Origin: Candidatus Eiseniibacteriota bacterium
GTDB lineage: Bacteria > Eisenbacteria > RBG-16-71-46 > CAIMUX01 > VGJL01
Reading direction: 5' to 3'
Assembly: GCA_963792585.1 (NCBI GenBank)
Contig: CAWBWI010000001.1
Span: 1,824,001 to 1,888,000, forward strand
Length of the DNA stretch: 64,000 nt
Program-made: the position numbers and the translations under genes
Notes under the pieces: model-generated
The model's input: only the letters and a program-made list of their open reading frames with translations
Told to the model about the DNA's origin: nothing
Database searches by the model: none
Shown here: positions 1-9,958 of the stretch, piece by piece
Numbering within the stretch: position 1 is the first letter of the stretch
Layout: the number at the start of each line of letters is the position of its first letter

Positions 1-1
1 G

Positions 2-202
2 CATGAGCGGGGCCACGAGTCTCGCGCCCGCGCGGGGGCGGCGGCAATGCACGCCCGCATGCAGAAGGCGCTGGCGGCAGACCTGCAGTCGGTCATGGAT
101 GAGGAAAACGAGAAGATCAAGGCCACGAACGCGGCCTACGACAACGCGACGGATCACGGAAGACAACCCCCACCGGGAACGACCATCACGTTTCCGCCGT
201 AG
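2..202 (+). CDS. 3' end of a DUF922-like putative Zn-dependent protease (partial, runs off the window)
   Basis: Hand translation of frame 2 gives HERGH...AAYDNATDHGRQ...FPP*, resembling the HExxH...YDxxTxHG pattern of DUF922. Not in the ORF track. Confidence 0.5.
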   Translation, partial: HERGHESRARAGAAAMHARMQKALAADLQSVMDEENEKIKATNAAYDNATDHGRQPPPGTTITFPP

Positions 203-245
203 CCCACCCCCCGGCGGGATTCGGTTCGATGGAAAGGAGCCGTAG

Positions 246-1637
246 ATGAACACCATGCCCTGGAAGCTTCTGGTTCTCACGGAAGCGGGTGTCCCGGGGA
301 ATGCGGGCGTCGAGGGGCCGATCCGCTGCCCCGGTGGTGACGACGGAGCCTCCGCGTGGCTTGGGACCCTTCGTCCCGTTGTGGAGGTGCCGTCTTCGGG
401 CGGGTCTGTTCCCCCGTCGGCGAACGTCATGCTCGATTGCCACGACCCTACGGCATTCGAGCCCGCTGCGATTGCCGCACGCCTCTCATCCACGGGGAGC
501 GTTGAGCCCAAAGAGATCGATGCTGTGCTGCATCATCCCCCGTTCCAGAAGGTGGAATCGGCCTATCGGGGATTGCGGCTCCTTCTTTCGCATACGACGG
601 ACGAGATCGAGGTGTGGGTCCTTTCGCTGTCGCGGAAGGAACTCGCGGAGCGGTTCCGCAAGGTGATCTTCGATCCGTGGAATGCCGACGCAGAGGCTGC
701 TCCCTGGGCCTTGATCCTCGCAGATTTCGATTTCACCCATCGGCCCGAGGATCTCGCAATGTTGCGTGAGCTGGGGACGATGGCCAGGGTCCTGAAGGCC
801 CCGATCGTCGGCGCGACGTCACCGGCGTTCTTCGACCTCCGCCATATGTTCCACGTGACAGCGCTGCCGGATCTCGCGGGCCGGTTCATGGATCCGGCGC
901 ACGCGGCCTGGCGCATATTCCAGGCCAGCGAGGACGCACGATGGGTGGCCCTCACGATCAATCGCTATCTGCAACGACCTTCCTACGATCTCGATTCGAT
1001 CGGGTTCAAGGAGGCGGCGGAGGAGGCGAAGCCGGAAACGTACCTGTGGGGACGAGGGATCTGGCTGGTCGGCGCGGCGGTCGCGCGAAGCGTCGCCACC
1101 CATCGTCATGCCTTGGACCTCTCCGGGCGCGGCGGCCACTTCGATGATCTACCGTTTCGACCCTTTCCGGTCGCCGCCAATGAGATGGTTTCCTTGTCGA
1201 CAGAAGTCCCCATGCCCGAGGAGAAGTCGCAGGAGTTTTCCCGGGCCGCATTCACCCCGCTGGTGGGTCGGATCCGCAGCAACGTCGCGGTTCTTCCGAT
1301 TGCGGTCACTCTGTTCCGGCTGCAGCCCGGCCGTTTGACCGTGGAAGGGACGCTTGCTTATCCGCTCATGGCCGGTCGGCTCGCCCAGTTCTGCGATCTC
1401 CTGTTATCAAATCTTCCGGAGGGGGATGAGAGCGTGGCGGCGGGCTTCTTGAGGACCGAGCTGCTCGGATTCTTAGGTGCACTCGCCGGTGAGGAGCCCG
1501 AAGCGGCGGTGACGGTGGAACTGGAACACCAGGAGGCCGACGGAAAGAGCCGGGTGCTCGCGAATGTGATGGTTCGTCCGGCGGTTCCATTGGAGGGGAA
1601 GAGGATCGAGTTCGGATTCGTGCTGCCGCTTTCCTGA
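246..1637 (+). CDS. Divergent T6SS contractile sheath protein, apparent TssB-TssC fusion
   Basis: N-terminal MPWKLLVL...AFEPAAIAARL resembles TssB (LPLKLMVL...DFEPQSVARQV). EIDAVLHHPPFQKVESAYRGLRLLL and YLWG match TssC. AAGGAG ribosome-binding site upstream. Confidence 0.75.
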   Translation: MNTMPWKLLVLTEAGVPGNAGVEGPIRCPGGDDGASAWLGTLRPVVEVPSSGGSVPPSANVMLDCHDPTAFEPAAIAARLSSTGSVEPKEIDAVLHHPPFQKVESAYRGLRLLLSHTTDEIEVWVLSLSRKELAERFRKVIFDPWNADAEAAPWALILADFDFTHRPEDLAMLRELGTMARVLKAPIVGATSPAFFDLRHMFHVTALPDLAGRFMDPAHAAWRIFQASEDARWVALTINRYLQRPSYDLDSIGFKEAAEEAKPETYLWGRGIWLVGAAVARSVATHRHALDLSGRGGHFDDLPFRPFPVAANEMVSLSTEVPMPEEKSQEFSRAAFTPLVGRIRSNVAVLPIAVTLFRLQPGRLTVEGTLAYPLMAGRLAQFCDLLLSNLPEGDESVAAGFLRTELLGFLGALAGEEPEAAVTVELEHQEADGKSRVLANVMVRPAVPLEGKRIEFGFVLPLS

Positions 1638-1658
1638 CGGAGAAACAAGACGGGCGCT

Positions 1659-2936
1659 CTAGATGCTGAGGCCCAGTTCCAACGCCTGGCGGAATCCAGG
1701 AGCCCTGGTTTCATACAATGCGCCGCGGCGTTCGTACGCCGCGAGGGCGAGCGCCGCCGCTCGGCGGTGACGCTGGCGCCCGGTCCTCAGAGCTTCCCGC
1801 AGCCCCTCGACCGAGAACGGTTGGCCGAGGAAGTATCTCTCTCCCGGTTGGAATCGGCTTCGGTTCGTGTCCCACCATCGCCGCACGAGCTTGGGGTCAG
1901 GCATGGGCAGATCCTCATCGGGATCCAACTCAATCGACTTGTCTGGAGAAGTCTCGACCTGATCTTCCATTGCTCCCTCCGGGGGCGAGCAATCGAGATC
2001 GTTCAGCGCCAAGTCAACACCGGTCAACAAACTGAATCCCTCTCCGGCGCTTTTCGTCACCTCCTGGTCATCCATCATTTCGAGCAAGACCGGGATTCCG
2101 ATGGGGTCTCCCATGAGTCCGATTCCGACCAGAGCGAGCGCGGTGGTGGCCGGTCGCTTGCTCAGTTCGATCAGCCAATCGTAGGCAGAGCCGGAAGGGC
2201 TACAAGCCACGATCGTCTCCAACGCCCTGCGGCTAAACGGGCCCTCACGATCTAACGACTCATGGAGGATCCTAAGAGCCTGGGGATCGCAGGTGAGCAG
2301 CGCGGCCGACCAGGCCGCGGCAATCATGACTTCCGGCTGTCCGTCCTCCAACCCTCGGCGCAGAGTGGGGCTATGCGCCATCGCACCGATCTCCCCGATC
2401 GCAAGATAGGCGCGGGTACGCAGCTCGGGGTCGGGGTCATTGGCCGCCTGCAGGAGGGCGGGCCCCGGATCTCGTCGTTGGTTTGCATAGGCCGCTACGG
2501 CGACTCGCCTAGCGGGACCGCCGGACTCCATCAGGAGAGTCGCGAGGTAGTGCTCCGCGACCTCGAAATCGAGCCAGCTCAAAGCCGACGCGAGCCCCCG
2601 GGACAGATCGTACGAGGCGATCCCAGCCTGAAGGGCATCATCCATCCACTCGGACTCGTCCTGTTGCAGCCCGAGCACGGCGGCAACGAATACCTCCCCC
2701 GCGTCGCCTCCCGACAGAGCGGCCCGGCAGATTGCCCAGCCCGCATCACCCGCGATCCGGAGGCCATCGAGATGCGCCTCGATTCGGCCGTCCAGTCGAG
2801 CAAGATCGCGCAGGTCATAGTGGGGAGCAGATACGGCCGCGTCCCTCAGGATCCAGAGGAACGCGGCGTCCTCCGCGTGCTGGTCGACGATGACCCGATT
2901 GATCCTCTTCGGGCCGGCTAGTCGATTCGTGTCCAT
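1659..2936 (-). CDS. TIGR02270-family HEAT-like repeat protein
   Basis: QHAEDAAFLW...RIEAHLDGL N-terminus and DPDEDLPMPD motif. Typical member of DUF2169/DUF4150 modules. Confidence 0.8.
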   Translation of the reverse strand: MDTNRLAGPKRINRVIVDQHAEDAAFLWILRDAAVSAPHYDLRDLARLDGRIEAHLDGLRIAGDAGWAICRAALSGGDAGEVFVAAVLGLQQDESEWMDDALQAGIASYDLSRGLASALSWLDFEVAEHYLATLLMESGGPARRVAVAAYANQRRDPGPALLQAANDPDPELRTRAYLAIGEIGAMAHSPTLRRGLEDGQPEVMIAAAWSAALLTCDPQALRILHESLDREGPFSRRALETIVACSPSGSAYDWLIELSKRPATTALALVGIGLMGDPIGIPVLLEMMDDQEVTKSAGEGFSLLTGVDLALNDLDCSPPEGAMEDQVETSPDKSIELDPDEDLPMPDPKLVRRWWDTNRSRFQPGERYFLGQPFSVEGLREALRTGRQRHRRAAALALAAYERRGALYETRAPGFRQALELGLSI

Positions 2937-3847
2937 TCCGATCCATCGAAAGACATGACGTCCTTCGCACCGATCGACCAGAGTACCCCGTCCGCCGCGC
3001 TGAGATGGTAGGCGGATTCGGCGGGGTCATCCCCCATACCCACTACCACAAGCGCGTTCCCTTCGAGGGTGAAGACCTGGCGGAGCGTAGAGGCATAGAG
3101 TTTATCGTTGTACCATGCGAGTCCCCAGATGTCCTGTAATGAACTCTCGTGCTCGATGACCTCCCATGTCTCTCCTCGACCCCGCAGCAGAACACCCCGC
3201 CGGCCGGAGACATAGACGTTTCCATCACCCGCACAGCAAACGTTCGTGAGGATCGTGTTCGTCGGGCTGTCAATCTGCCGCCAGACCTTGCCATCGTAGT
3301 GCCAGATTGCCCCCTGCCAGCCAACGGCGTAGATGTCTTTCTCGGAGAAGCCATCGATTGACTCGAAACCGACCACCTCGCTACTGCCGGGTTCGGGGCG
3401 CATCGTGGCGTCGATGCAAATCCAGCGGTTCGCGTCCTCCCGGCGGTAGACTTGTCGATCCATCCCGGCTGCGTAGGCCCGGCCCCCGATGGATCGGACA
3501 CAGCGGAGGGTCCCGCGTTTCTCGGGGATGCTTGGTCCGTCTGCAATTTGCTCGGTATGCATGTCCCCACCACCGGCTACCTGGACGTCCCCGAATTCGC
3601 CGATTGCCACACCCTGTCTGGCCGGGTGGGACATGACAGCCACAGACACTGGGTTCCACTTCAATGCGACTTGCGCCCACTTTCCAGAGTCCCATTGCAG
3701 CATGTACCCGTGAGGCGCTTGCTGTTTCGCGAGATCGTCATTGACGATCAGAAGGTAGGCTCTTGTCCTTGAATACACCGCGGCGGTCATATAGCTGAAT
3801 TCGTCCGTCCAATGCCCCGCCATTTCGTCACCTCCTGCATCTTTCAA
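2918..3847 (-). CDS. Beta-propeller-like protein, candidate immunity protein of the upstream nuclease effector
   Basis: Repeated blades (IYAVGWQGAIWHYDGKVW, VYVSGRRG). Begins 8 bp after the toxin stop codon. Confidence 0.55.
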   Translation of the reverse strand: MKDAGGDEMAGHWTDEFSYMTAAVYSRTRAYLLIVNDDLAKQQAPHGYMLQWDSGKWAQVALKWNPVSVAVMSHPARQGVAIGEFGDVQVAGGGDMHTEQIADGPSIPEKRGTLRCVRSIGGRAYAAGMDRQVYRREDANRWICIDATMRPEPGSSEVVGFESIDGFSEKDIYAVGWQGAIWHYDGKVWRQIDSPTNTILTNVCCAGDGNVYVSGRRGVLLRGRGETWEVIEHESSLQDIWGLAWYNDKLYASTLRQVFTLEGNALVVVGMGDDPAESAYHLSAADGVLWSIGAKDVMSFDGSEWTRID

Positions 3848-3855
3848 CCGGAGAA

Positions 3856-5040
3856 CTACGCCCAGTCTCCGGTCTCGCGACTGGCAGCGAGCGCGTCCTT
3901 GGCTGCGGTTACGTCTGCATCACTGGTCCGCCCGCTGGCTGATCCCCTCAGGCTCGTCTTGTCGTCAATATTCTTGTCGTTGTGATACTTGTTGAGCTGC
4001 GCCTCCAGGCACTTCGTGGAACAGCCGGACTCCGGAAACACCTCTTTGGCGGCATCGACCCCTTGTTTCCTCGCCTGGGCGAATGTCACCTTGTCGCTGT
4101 TGTTCGCAGCCATGTTCTTGATGGCGGCATTCCCCTTGAATGTGTGCATCAGTCCGTGCGTGGCCGTCGTGTTGTTTGGGCCCTCGACGCACATGCATGG
4201 CGCCTTCTTGGCGTCATAGTCCTTGCACCCCGGCATGGGGGTGGAGTCGGACCCCTTCTCACCGCGGCCCTTGTCGAAGAAACAACTAGCGTCCACTAGA
4301 TGGTCTCCGGTCTGACCCGGGCAGCATCTGACGGGTCTGAACGGCGCGAGGAGGCAACGCATTTTGGTGTGGCAGTCGCTCGCCCCGATCTCCTCCGAGA
4401 GCTTCCGGTACTCGCCTGCCCAAACTACTTTGGCAGCCTCATGCTGCGGGCTGCCGTCTCCTCCGAGTTCCTTCGCTTTCGCCATCTTTTCAGTGGCGGC
4501 ATCGATCCCCGCTTTGCTCGGGCACTTCAGCTTTTCCTTCTCGGGTGTACAGGCCGTCTTGGCATCCTCAACCTCCTTTGCGCACTCCCCCGTGCTGTCC
4601 GCCAGCGCTGCCCGCTTCATGAACGTCCAGGGGGGGGTCTGCCCCGGTTGTGACATGTGGTTATGCGTCATCATGTCGAGATGTCGGACCGCGTTCTGCC
4701 CCTCGAACTTCACATCCATCGACCACGTGCAGAAGAAGACCTTCCCCGTGATACCGTGAGTGATCACACCCATCCCGAGGGTCTTCGTCGCGGCTTCGTC
4801 ACCCGTGCATTTCTTGAAGCTGGACTGATCCTTGAGCATCACCTCCTTGCCGCTGACCTTCACGTGCTTTGAGCCGCTCTTCGTGTCGGAGTCCATTGCG
4901 GTGACCGGATACGGAATCGGGACCGGGCCGGCCGGTGGCGAAGGAGGACTCAGACAAACGTCCGGGAAGGCAGCTATCGACTTCCCGCTTCCCGCCTTGC
5001 AGGCAACCTCTCTGCCGTTTGCAAAGACCTTGTTGCCCAT
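3856..5040 (-). CDS. DUF4150 (PAAR-like/PIPY) spike-tip domain fused to a Tox-GHH2-type HNH nuclease
   Basis: FPDVCLSPPSPPAGPVPIPYP and WSMDVKFEG in the N-terminus. C-terminus has CCPGQTGDHLV...APCMCVEG...THGLMH. Confidence 0.85.
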   Translation of the reverse strand: MGNKVFANGREVACKAGSGKSIAAFPDVCLSPPSPPAGPVPIPYPVTAMDSDTKSGSKHVKVSGKEVMLKDQSSFKKCTGDEAATKTLGMGVITHGITGKVFFCTWSMDVKFEGQNAVRHLDMMTHNHMSQPGQTPPWTFMKRAALADSTGECAKEVEDAKTACTPEKEKLKCPSKAGIDAATEKMAKAKELGGDGSPQHEAAKVVWAGEYRKLSEEIGASDCHTKMRCLLAPFRPVRCCPGQTGDHLVDASCFFDKGRGEKGSDSTPMPGCKDYDAKKAPCMCVEGPNNTTATHGLMHTFKGNAAIKNMAANNSDKVTFAQARKQGVDAAKEVFPESGCSTKCLEAQLNKYHNDKNIDDKTSLRGSASGRTSDADVTAAKDALAASRETGDWA

Positions 5041-6071
5041 TAGCCCGTTCGCTCCATCCAGTGGAGGGGGGCCGTCCCGCGGGCACCATCGTCACTGGTG
5101 AACTGACAGAGGGCCCCCTTGCCGGGGGCGTAGCCCTTCCTGGCAGCGGCCAGGGCAACCCCCAGCATGCATGGACCGATCGCGGCGCCCACCTCCCCGA
5201 CGCATTCGGCGGGGTGCCAGATCGGGAAGGTCGGCTTGACCTTGCGAAGCGTGCGGCCAACCGCGAGCGCCGCCTCTTTGAAGCCGTACTGCTCGCCGCT
5301 CACATCGACAAGGCGGTAGCTCAGGTCGTCATAGGTGACTCCCGCGTCTGCGAGGCCTGTCCGGATCGCTTCCACCATGCCATCGGCTCGCAGAGGTTTC
5401 TCCGATTCCACCGTGGACTTCTCCGTCCCCCAGCCAATTCCTAGGCACTGCAGTTCCGCCGCACGCGTCCGCCCGGCTGGCATGATCAAGACTGCCGTTC
5501 CTGCTTCTCCAGGAATGAACCCGTTCGAGTTCCGGCTGGTGAGGAGCCGCTCCTTGATCTCCAGCGCTGCGAGCGCAGGTCCCGTGAGCAGGGAGTCGAC
5601 CCCAGCCACGATGCAGGCCGGCCGTCCCCCGTCGTGCAGAAGGTGCTCCGCAGCGCGCAGTCCGTGGGCGATCCCAATCCTCCCTGCGCAGTGGACCACG
5701 GAATCCCTGTGGAAGCGCAATCCCAGACGCGCCTCGACTTCGACCCCGAGTCGCCGTTCAAGATCCATAGGTAGACCGGGCCGACCCCGTTCGGGCAGTA
5801 GCAGAATGAGCGGGATCTCATCGGCGGGAATTGTCGTCGCCGCGGCAAGACACTCGGCGATCGCCGGGACGATGAGGCGGACAAGCTTTTCAAAGCCGCG
5901 GACCGGAGTCTCGAATTGTACCGCGGATCCGATGAGAGGCTCTCCACCATCATCGATGAACAGGGTCTCTGCGGCGGCGCTCAGTCCGGAACGGATTGCC
6001 GCGCATGTGGACGGTGAATCGAACCCAACGGCGGTCACCATTCCGGAGGCAACGACGGCGACGGGTCTCAT
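5040..6071 (-). CDS. Thiolase/3-oxoacyl-ACP-synthase-like T6SS accessory protein (PRK06147-like)
   Basis: GMVTAVG, AGVDSLL, GFIPGEA and HPAECVGEVGAA motifs. Start set at MRPVAVV, overlapping the DUF2169 stop. Confidence 0.8.
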   Translation of the reverse strand: MRPVAVVASGMVTAVGFDSPSTCAAIRSGLSAAAETLFIDDGGEPLIGSAVQFETPVRGFEKLVRLIVPAIAECLAAATTIPADEIPLILLLPERGRPGLPMDLERRLGVEVEARLGLRFHRDSVVHCAGRIGIAHGLRAAEHLLHDGGRPACIVAGVDSLLTGPALAALEIKERLLTSRNSNGFIPGEAGTAVLIMPAGRTRAAELQCLGIGWGTEKSTVESEKPLRADGMVEAIRTGLADAGVTYDDLSYRLVDVSGEQYGFKEAALAVGRTLRKVKPTFPIWHPAECVGEVGAAIGPCMLGVALAAARKGYAPGKGALCQFTSDDGARGTAPLHWMERTG

Positions 6072-7195
6072 TCGCCATCCTCGACCGCCGGTCTCACGAG
6101 GGTCGGCGATCCGACCGTCTCGGCCAGAGAACGGTAATGGGTCTTTCCCATCTCCCTCGCCCGATGCCATCCGGGAGACATCCTCCCGACCACGACCTGC
6201 GCGATCTCGAACATATTCCTCCGGAGCGGAAGGGTGGATCGCCAGGTGAGCATTAAGCGTTCCGCGTCCGGCTCGATCACGACTGTGTCGATAGCCCCCT
6301 CGGCGTCCTCGCGACTCCCGTCGTTACGGAAGAAGACGATCGGCATCTCGACCCTCGGAATGAGGAATCGTCTCAAGCCTTCCGGCGTCAAATTCGAAAG
6401 CGTCACTCGCTCGCCACCCTTTGGATATGGGATCTGCTGATCCGACGGAGCGGTCTGGTAGTACACCTCCTGAAAGTCCCCCGGCAGAAAGGGGCACACA
6501 TTCTGAAGCCAATTATCGTCATAAGTTCCTGCCAGGGCCGCGCGAGGATGCCACGCCCGGCCAATCGGGCCGAATGCCATTGGCCGGTACTTGCCCTTGG
6601 GGTTCATAACCCGCACGCCGGGAGCCTGGGTGTTCGGGAGCGGCGCACCTTGAATCGCCTTCCTCGCCAGGTTCGCATGGAAGCCGACACCGACATGATT
6701 CGTGAGGTAGGTTCGGTGCTTGCCTTCTTTCTTGTGCGAAGTATCCCGCCCGCCAAAGGCGTTGTTGTACGAGATCGGCATCGAGAGGAAAGGCCTCGGC
6801 CGGGACGTACCGAGCCACAAGAACCACTTCCACCACTTGCGATCGCCGGTCACCTCGATGGACTTGTCGACAGCTCCCAGTTGGAGTCGCACGTGCACTT
6901 TTCGGGCGGGTTTGCCGCCCGGTGCGTATGCCGAACCGTTGAGCAGCACGTCGCAACGGGGCTTGTGTGGTGCAAAGTCGCTCTCGTAAAGCGGGGCGGA
7001 AAGACCCGCCTCTCCGCTGAAGACATCCGACTCCGTGATCGGGACTTGCTCAGACGACGGGACGGGATCTGTGTCGTTCTTTCGGCTCAGAATCTGAAAC
7101 GTTCCCTTCACGACAACGACGAGGAGTTCTCGTCCTTCGGGCGAGAGACCCATAGTGCAGGCAGATGGAAATCCAGTTCCGTTCGTCAGATTCAT
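6068..7195 (-). CDS. DUF2169 T6SS effector chaperone/adaptor
   Basis: VVVVKGTF, ESDFAPHKPRCDVLLNGSAYAP and AGTYDDNW...P...D motifs. Confidence 0.9.
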   Translation of the reverse strand: MNLTNGTGFPSACTMGLSPEGRELLVVVVKGTFQILSRKNDTDPVPSSEQVPITESDVFSGEAGLSAPLYESDFAPHKPRCDVLLNGSAYAPGGKPARKVHVRLQLGAVDKSIEVTGDRKWWKWFLWLGTSRPRPFLSMPISYNNAFGGRDTSHKKEGKHRTYLTNHVGVGFHANLARKAIQGAPLPNTQAPGVRVMNPKGKYRPMAFGPIGRAWHPRAALAGTYDDNWLQNVCPFLPGDFQEVYYQTAPSDQQIPYPKGGERVTLSNLTPEGLRRFLIPRVEMPIVFFRNDGSREDAEGAIDTVVIEPDAERLMLTWRSTLPLRRNMFEIAQVVVGRMSPGWHRAREMGKTHYRSLAETVGSPTLVRPAVEDGE

Positions 7196-7210
7196 AGTAG
7201 TCGTTCGGCC

Positions 7211-7672
7211 CTAGTTGATCTGGACGGAGCCGCCCTTGATCCGGTTCACGCCCGAGGACCTGCTCACGAGGTAAGATCCCCTCACCACGATCTTTCCATC
7301 CCGAGTCAGAACGATACTCGCCTTCCCGCACCGCAGGATGATCTGTCGCTTCCCCTCGAGGAGGATTGAGTCCCCGTCGATCTCCGCTTCCAGATCTGCG
7401 GGAGCGACTCCTGAAGGGGTTTGGATCACCCCGGCAATGATCGGCTTGTCCAGATCTCCGTCTTCATAGAACAGTGCCACCTGGCAGCCCACATGCTGCG
7501 GCCCTAGCCTGATGAGGGAACGCGCCGCCTTGCCGGTACCGTCCTTGTCGTGGGCTGCGACGGAGGGTGTCCCCATCTGGTCCACGTACACCAAGGTTGC
7601 CACCCTGATGGAGCCTTCTGCAGGAATCGAATTCTCGAGTGATTCCCTCAACTGGAATGGCTGCATAGTCAA
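7211..7672 (-). CDS. DUF6484-like small gp5-C-type accessory protein
   Basis: LRCGKASIVLTRDGKIVVRG...NRIKGGSVQIN C-terminus. Lies between vgrG and DUF2169. Confidence 0.7.
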   Translation of the reverse strand: MTMQPFQLRESLENSIPAEGSIRVATLVYVDQMGTPSVAAHDKDGTGKAARSLIRLGPQHVGCQVALFYEDGDLDKPIIAGVIQTPSGVAPADLEAEIDGDSILLEGKRQIILRCGKASIVLTRDGKIVVRGSYLVSRSSGVNRIKGGSVQIN

Positions 7673-9899
7673 TTCTCCAGAATGTTCTTCCCCTTGATCG
7701 TGATGTCACTGCTCGCCTTGATGTTGATCTTGCCGCTGGCCTTTAGGGTTATGTTCTTGGCTTCGATCGTCACATCTCCGGCCTTCGTCATCACGATTGA
7801 GGACTTACCGTTGCGGATTGAAATCGAGTCTCCCTTGGCCTCGATGGCGATTGTCTTCTTCGAGATGAGCGAATAGTCCTCGGTCGTGGTCTCGGCATGG
7901 GTGCCACCGATTGCCTCGGTGAAGTCTTCACCGATCTTGGTCTGTTTGGCTCCCGCCACGCTTTCGTTCCGACTTCCCCCAATCGTCTCAGACTTGTCGC
8001 CTCCGATCTTCTCCGAGTTCGACCCACCAACTTCTACGGCCTTCGCGGCACCCACCGTCTCGTTCATCGCGGCTCCTACGGTCACCTGATATACGGCGCC
8101 GATCGACAACGTCTTCTCCGCACCTACGGTCTCGGTGGAAGCGATCGCAATGGTCTCGGTTTTGTTCGAGCCGACGCTCAGGCTCATGTTCGCGCCGATC
8201 GTCTCATCGTGGTCCACCCCAACCGAGATCGTCTTGTTGGAACCGATCGTCTCGGACTGGTCGACGCCGACCGTCTTGGAACGGTTGTTCTTCACGTCGA
8301 TCGTTTCGTCGTGGCCAATCGACTCCGTGTTGTCGTTTCCGATCTTCTCCGTCTTGTCGTGCTCAATGACTGTGTTCCAGTCCTTCTGCCCGTGGAGGTA
8401 GACCTCCTCGCTCCCCGCGGCGTCCTCGAATCGAAGCTCGTTCGAACCGCCGCCCCCGGGGGAGCTGTTGGACTTGAAGCTGCTCATCGTTTTCGCCCCC
8501 GGCAGCCCGTAAGGGGGAGGACTCTCTCCGTTGTACACGCGCCCGACGATCAGCGGCTGATCCGGATCCCCTTCCAGGAAGTCGACCACGACCTCGTGGC
8601 CGATGCGCGGGATGATGACCATCCCGTAGCCGGCTCCACCCCATCCCTGGCTCACGCGAATCCAGCAAGAACTCTTGTCGTCCTTCTGGCCCGCGCGATC
8701 CCAATGGAATTGGACCTTCACCCGTCCGTACTCATCCGTGTGGATCTCCTCGCCGGCAGGTCCCACGACGATCGCAGTCTGAGGACCATCGACCACGGGA
8801 CGTGGCGTCCACCGCCGTGGCCGATAGGGCACGGAGTAGGGAGCGCACTCGAAGGAGTTCTGATAGACCGACTGCTCCGCCGGACCCGCCTGTTCTTCCG
8901 CCGCCTGTGGCTGGCTGCACCAGTGCTGCACGCGGAGGAGGACCCATTCCTGGTTCATCTCCGCCCAGGGATGATCCTCCAGCGTGAACTTGTATCCGGA
9001 GATCAGATGGGTGCAGTTCCCCTCGCCGAGCCCGAGCGCGCGTTCGGATCGGAATTCTGGAGGCGCACCTCGGCCAGATCCTTTCCGGTCGAGAGTTCCG
9101 TGTACTCACCGGGATAGTCGTACCACTCCAATTCGCTTTCGATGTCGGCTGCCTTCGCGTTCTCGACCTTGAGACTGGGCTTTTTGAAGTCGAAATCGCG
9201 GAGTGTAACTGCCCCGTGACGGATTTGGACCGAGTAGCGGAAGCGAGAGATCTGCTCCTGCTCGCCTACGCCGAGTCCCACATCCCTGAACGGGATGTTG
9301 GAGTTTCCCGGAGTCGGTTCGTGCACGGAGGAGACGTCCGCCATGACCAGCTTGTGAGCATCCTCCGTGTGCTCGAAGAAGTAGAAGATCCCCTCCTCCT
9401 CCATGAGGCGCGAGGCGAAGTTCCAGTCGCTCTCGCGGTACTGGACGCAGTACTCGCGAGCCTTGTGGCTGCCCTTCAGCCGGAAATCGTAGAGATCTGC
9501 TGTGATTCCGGCCTTGTCGAGGACTTCTTTCAGGATGTCCGGCACCGTCTTGTTCTGGAAGATCCGGCTCTGCCGGCGCAAGGTGAGGAGCCAGACCTTG
9601 GGCACCAGTCGCGCTTGATAGTTCGCGAATTGCCCCGCCCTCCCCGTTTGCTCGAAGCGGCAGACGATCCCGTGGACACACCGATCCCCCTCCTTGTCCT
9701 TCCAGGTCAACTTGGCGTCCTGCCCGACCACGGCGTCCAGATCGATCTCGTGATCCCGGCTACCGATGACGATGTCGAATCGGTACAGCTCGGAGATGCC
9801 CTCTGTTCCGTGGAAACTCAGAACGCGAAGATCATCGGAACCGTAGGGGCCGGCCTCGAACTCGAAGACCGGAGCGTTCTGGACTTGGTCGGATGCCAT
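7669..9899 (-). CDS. vgrG: T6SS spike protein VgrG (frameshifted near 9057)
   Basis: Two ORFs (9003-9899 and 7669-8958). One added base gives continuous VRLQ-EFRSERALGLGEGNCTHLISGYKFTLEDHP. Has YCVQYRESD, GRVKVQFHWDR and gp5-type C-terminal repeats. Confidence 0.92.
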
Positions 9900-9958
9900 G
9901 GTCGCCGCCCTTCCGTTTCTTCGGAACCCGCCGGGTTCAATCTCCCGAGTCGGACGTC

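Noticed and set aside
7669..9899. Naturally split VgrG (separate gp27 and gp5 genes)
   Set aside because: The break falls mid-domain, and the sequence between the two ORFs still encodes VgrG residues in the shifted frame.
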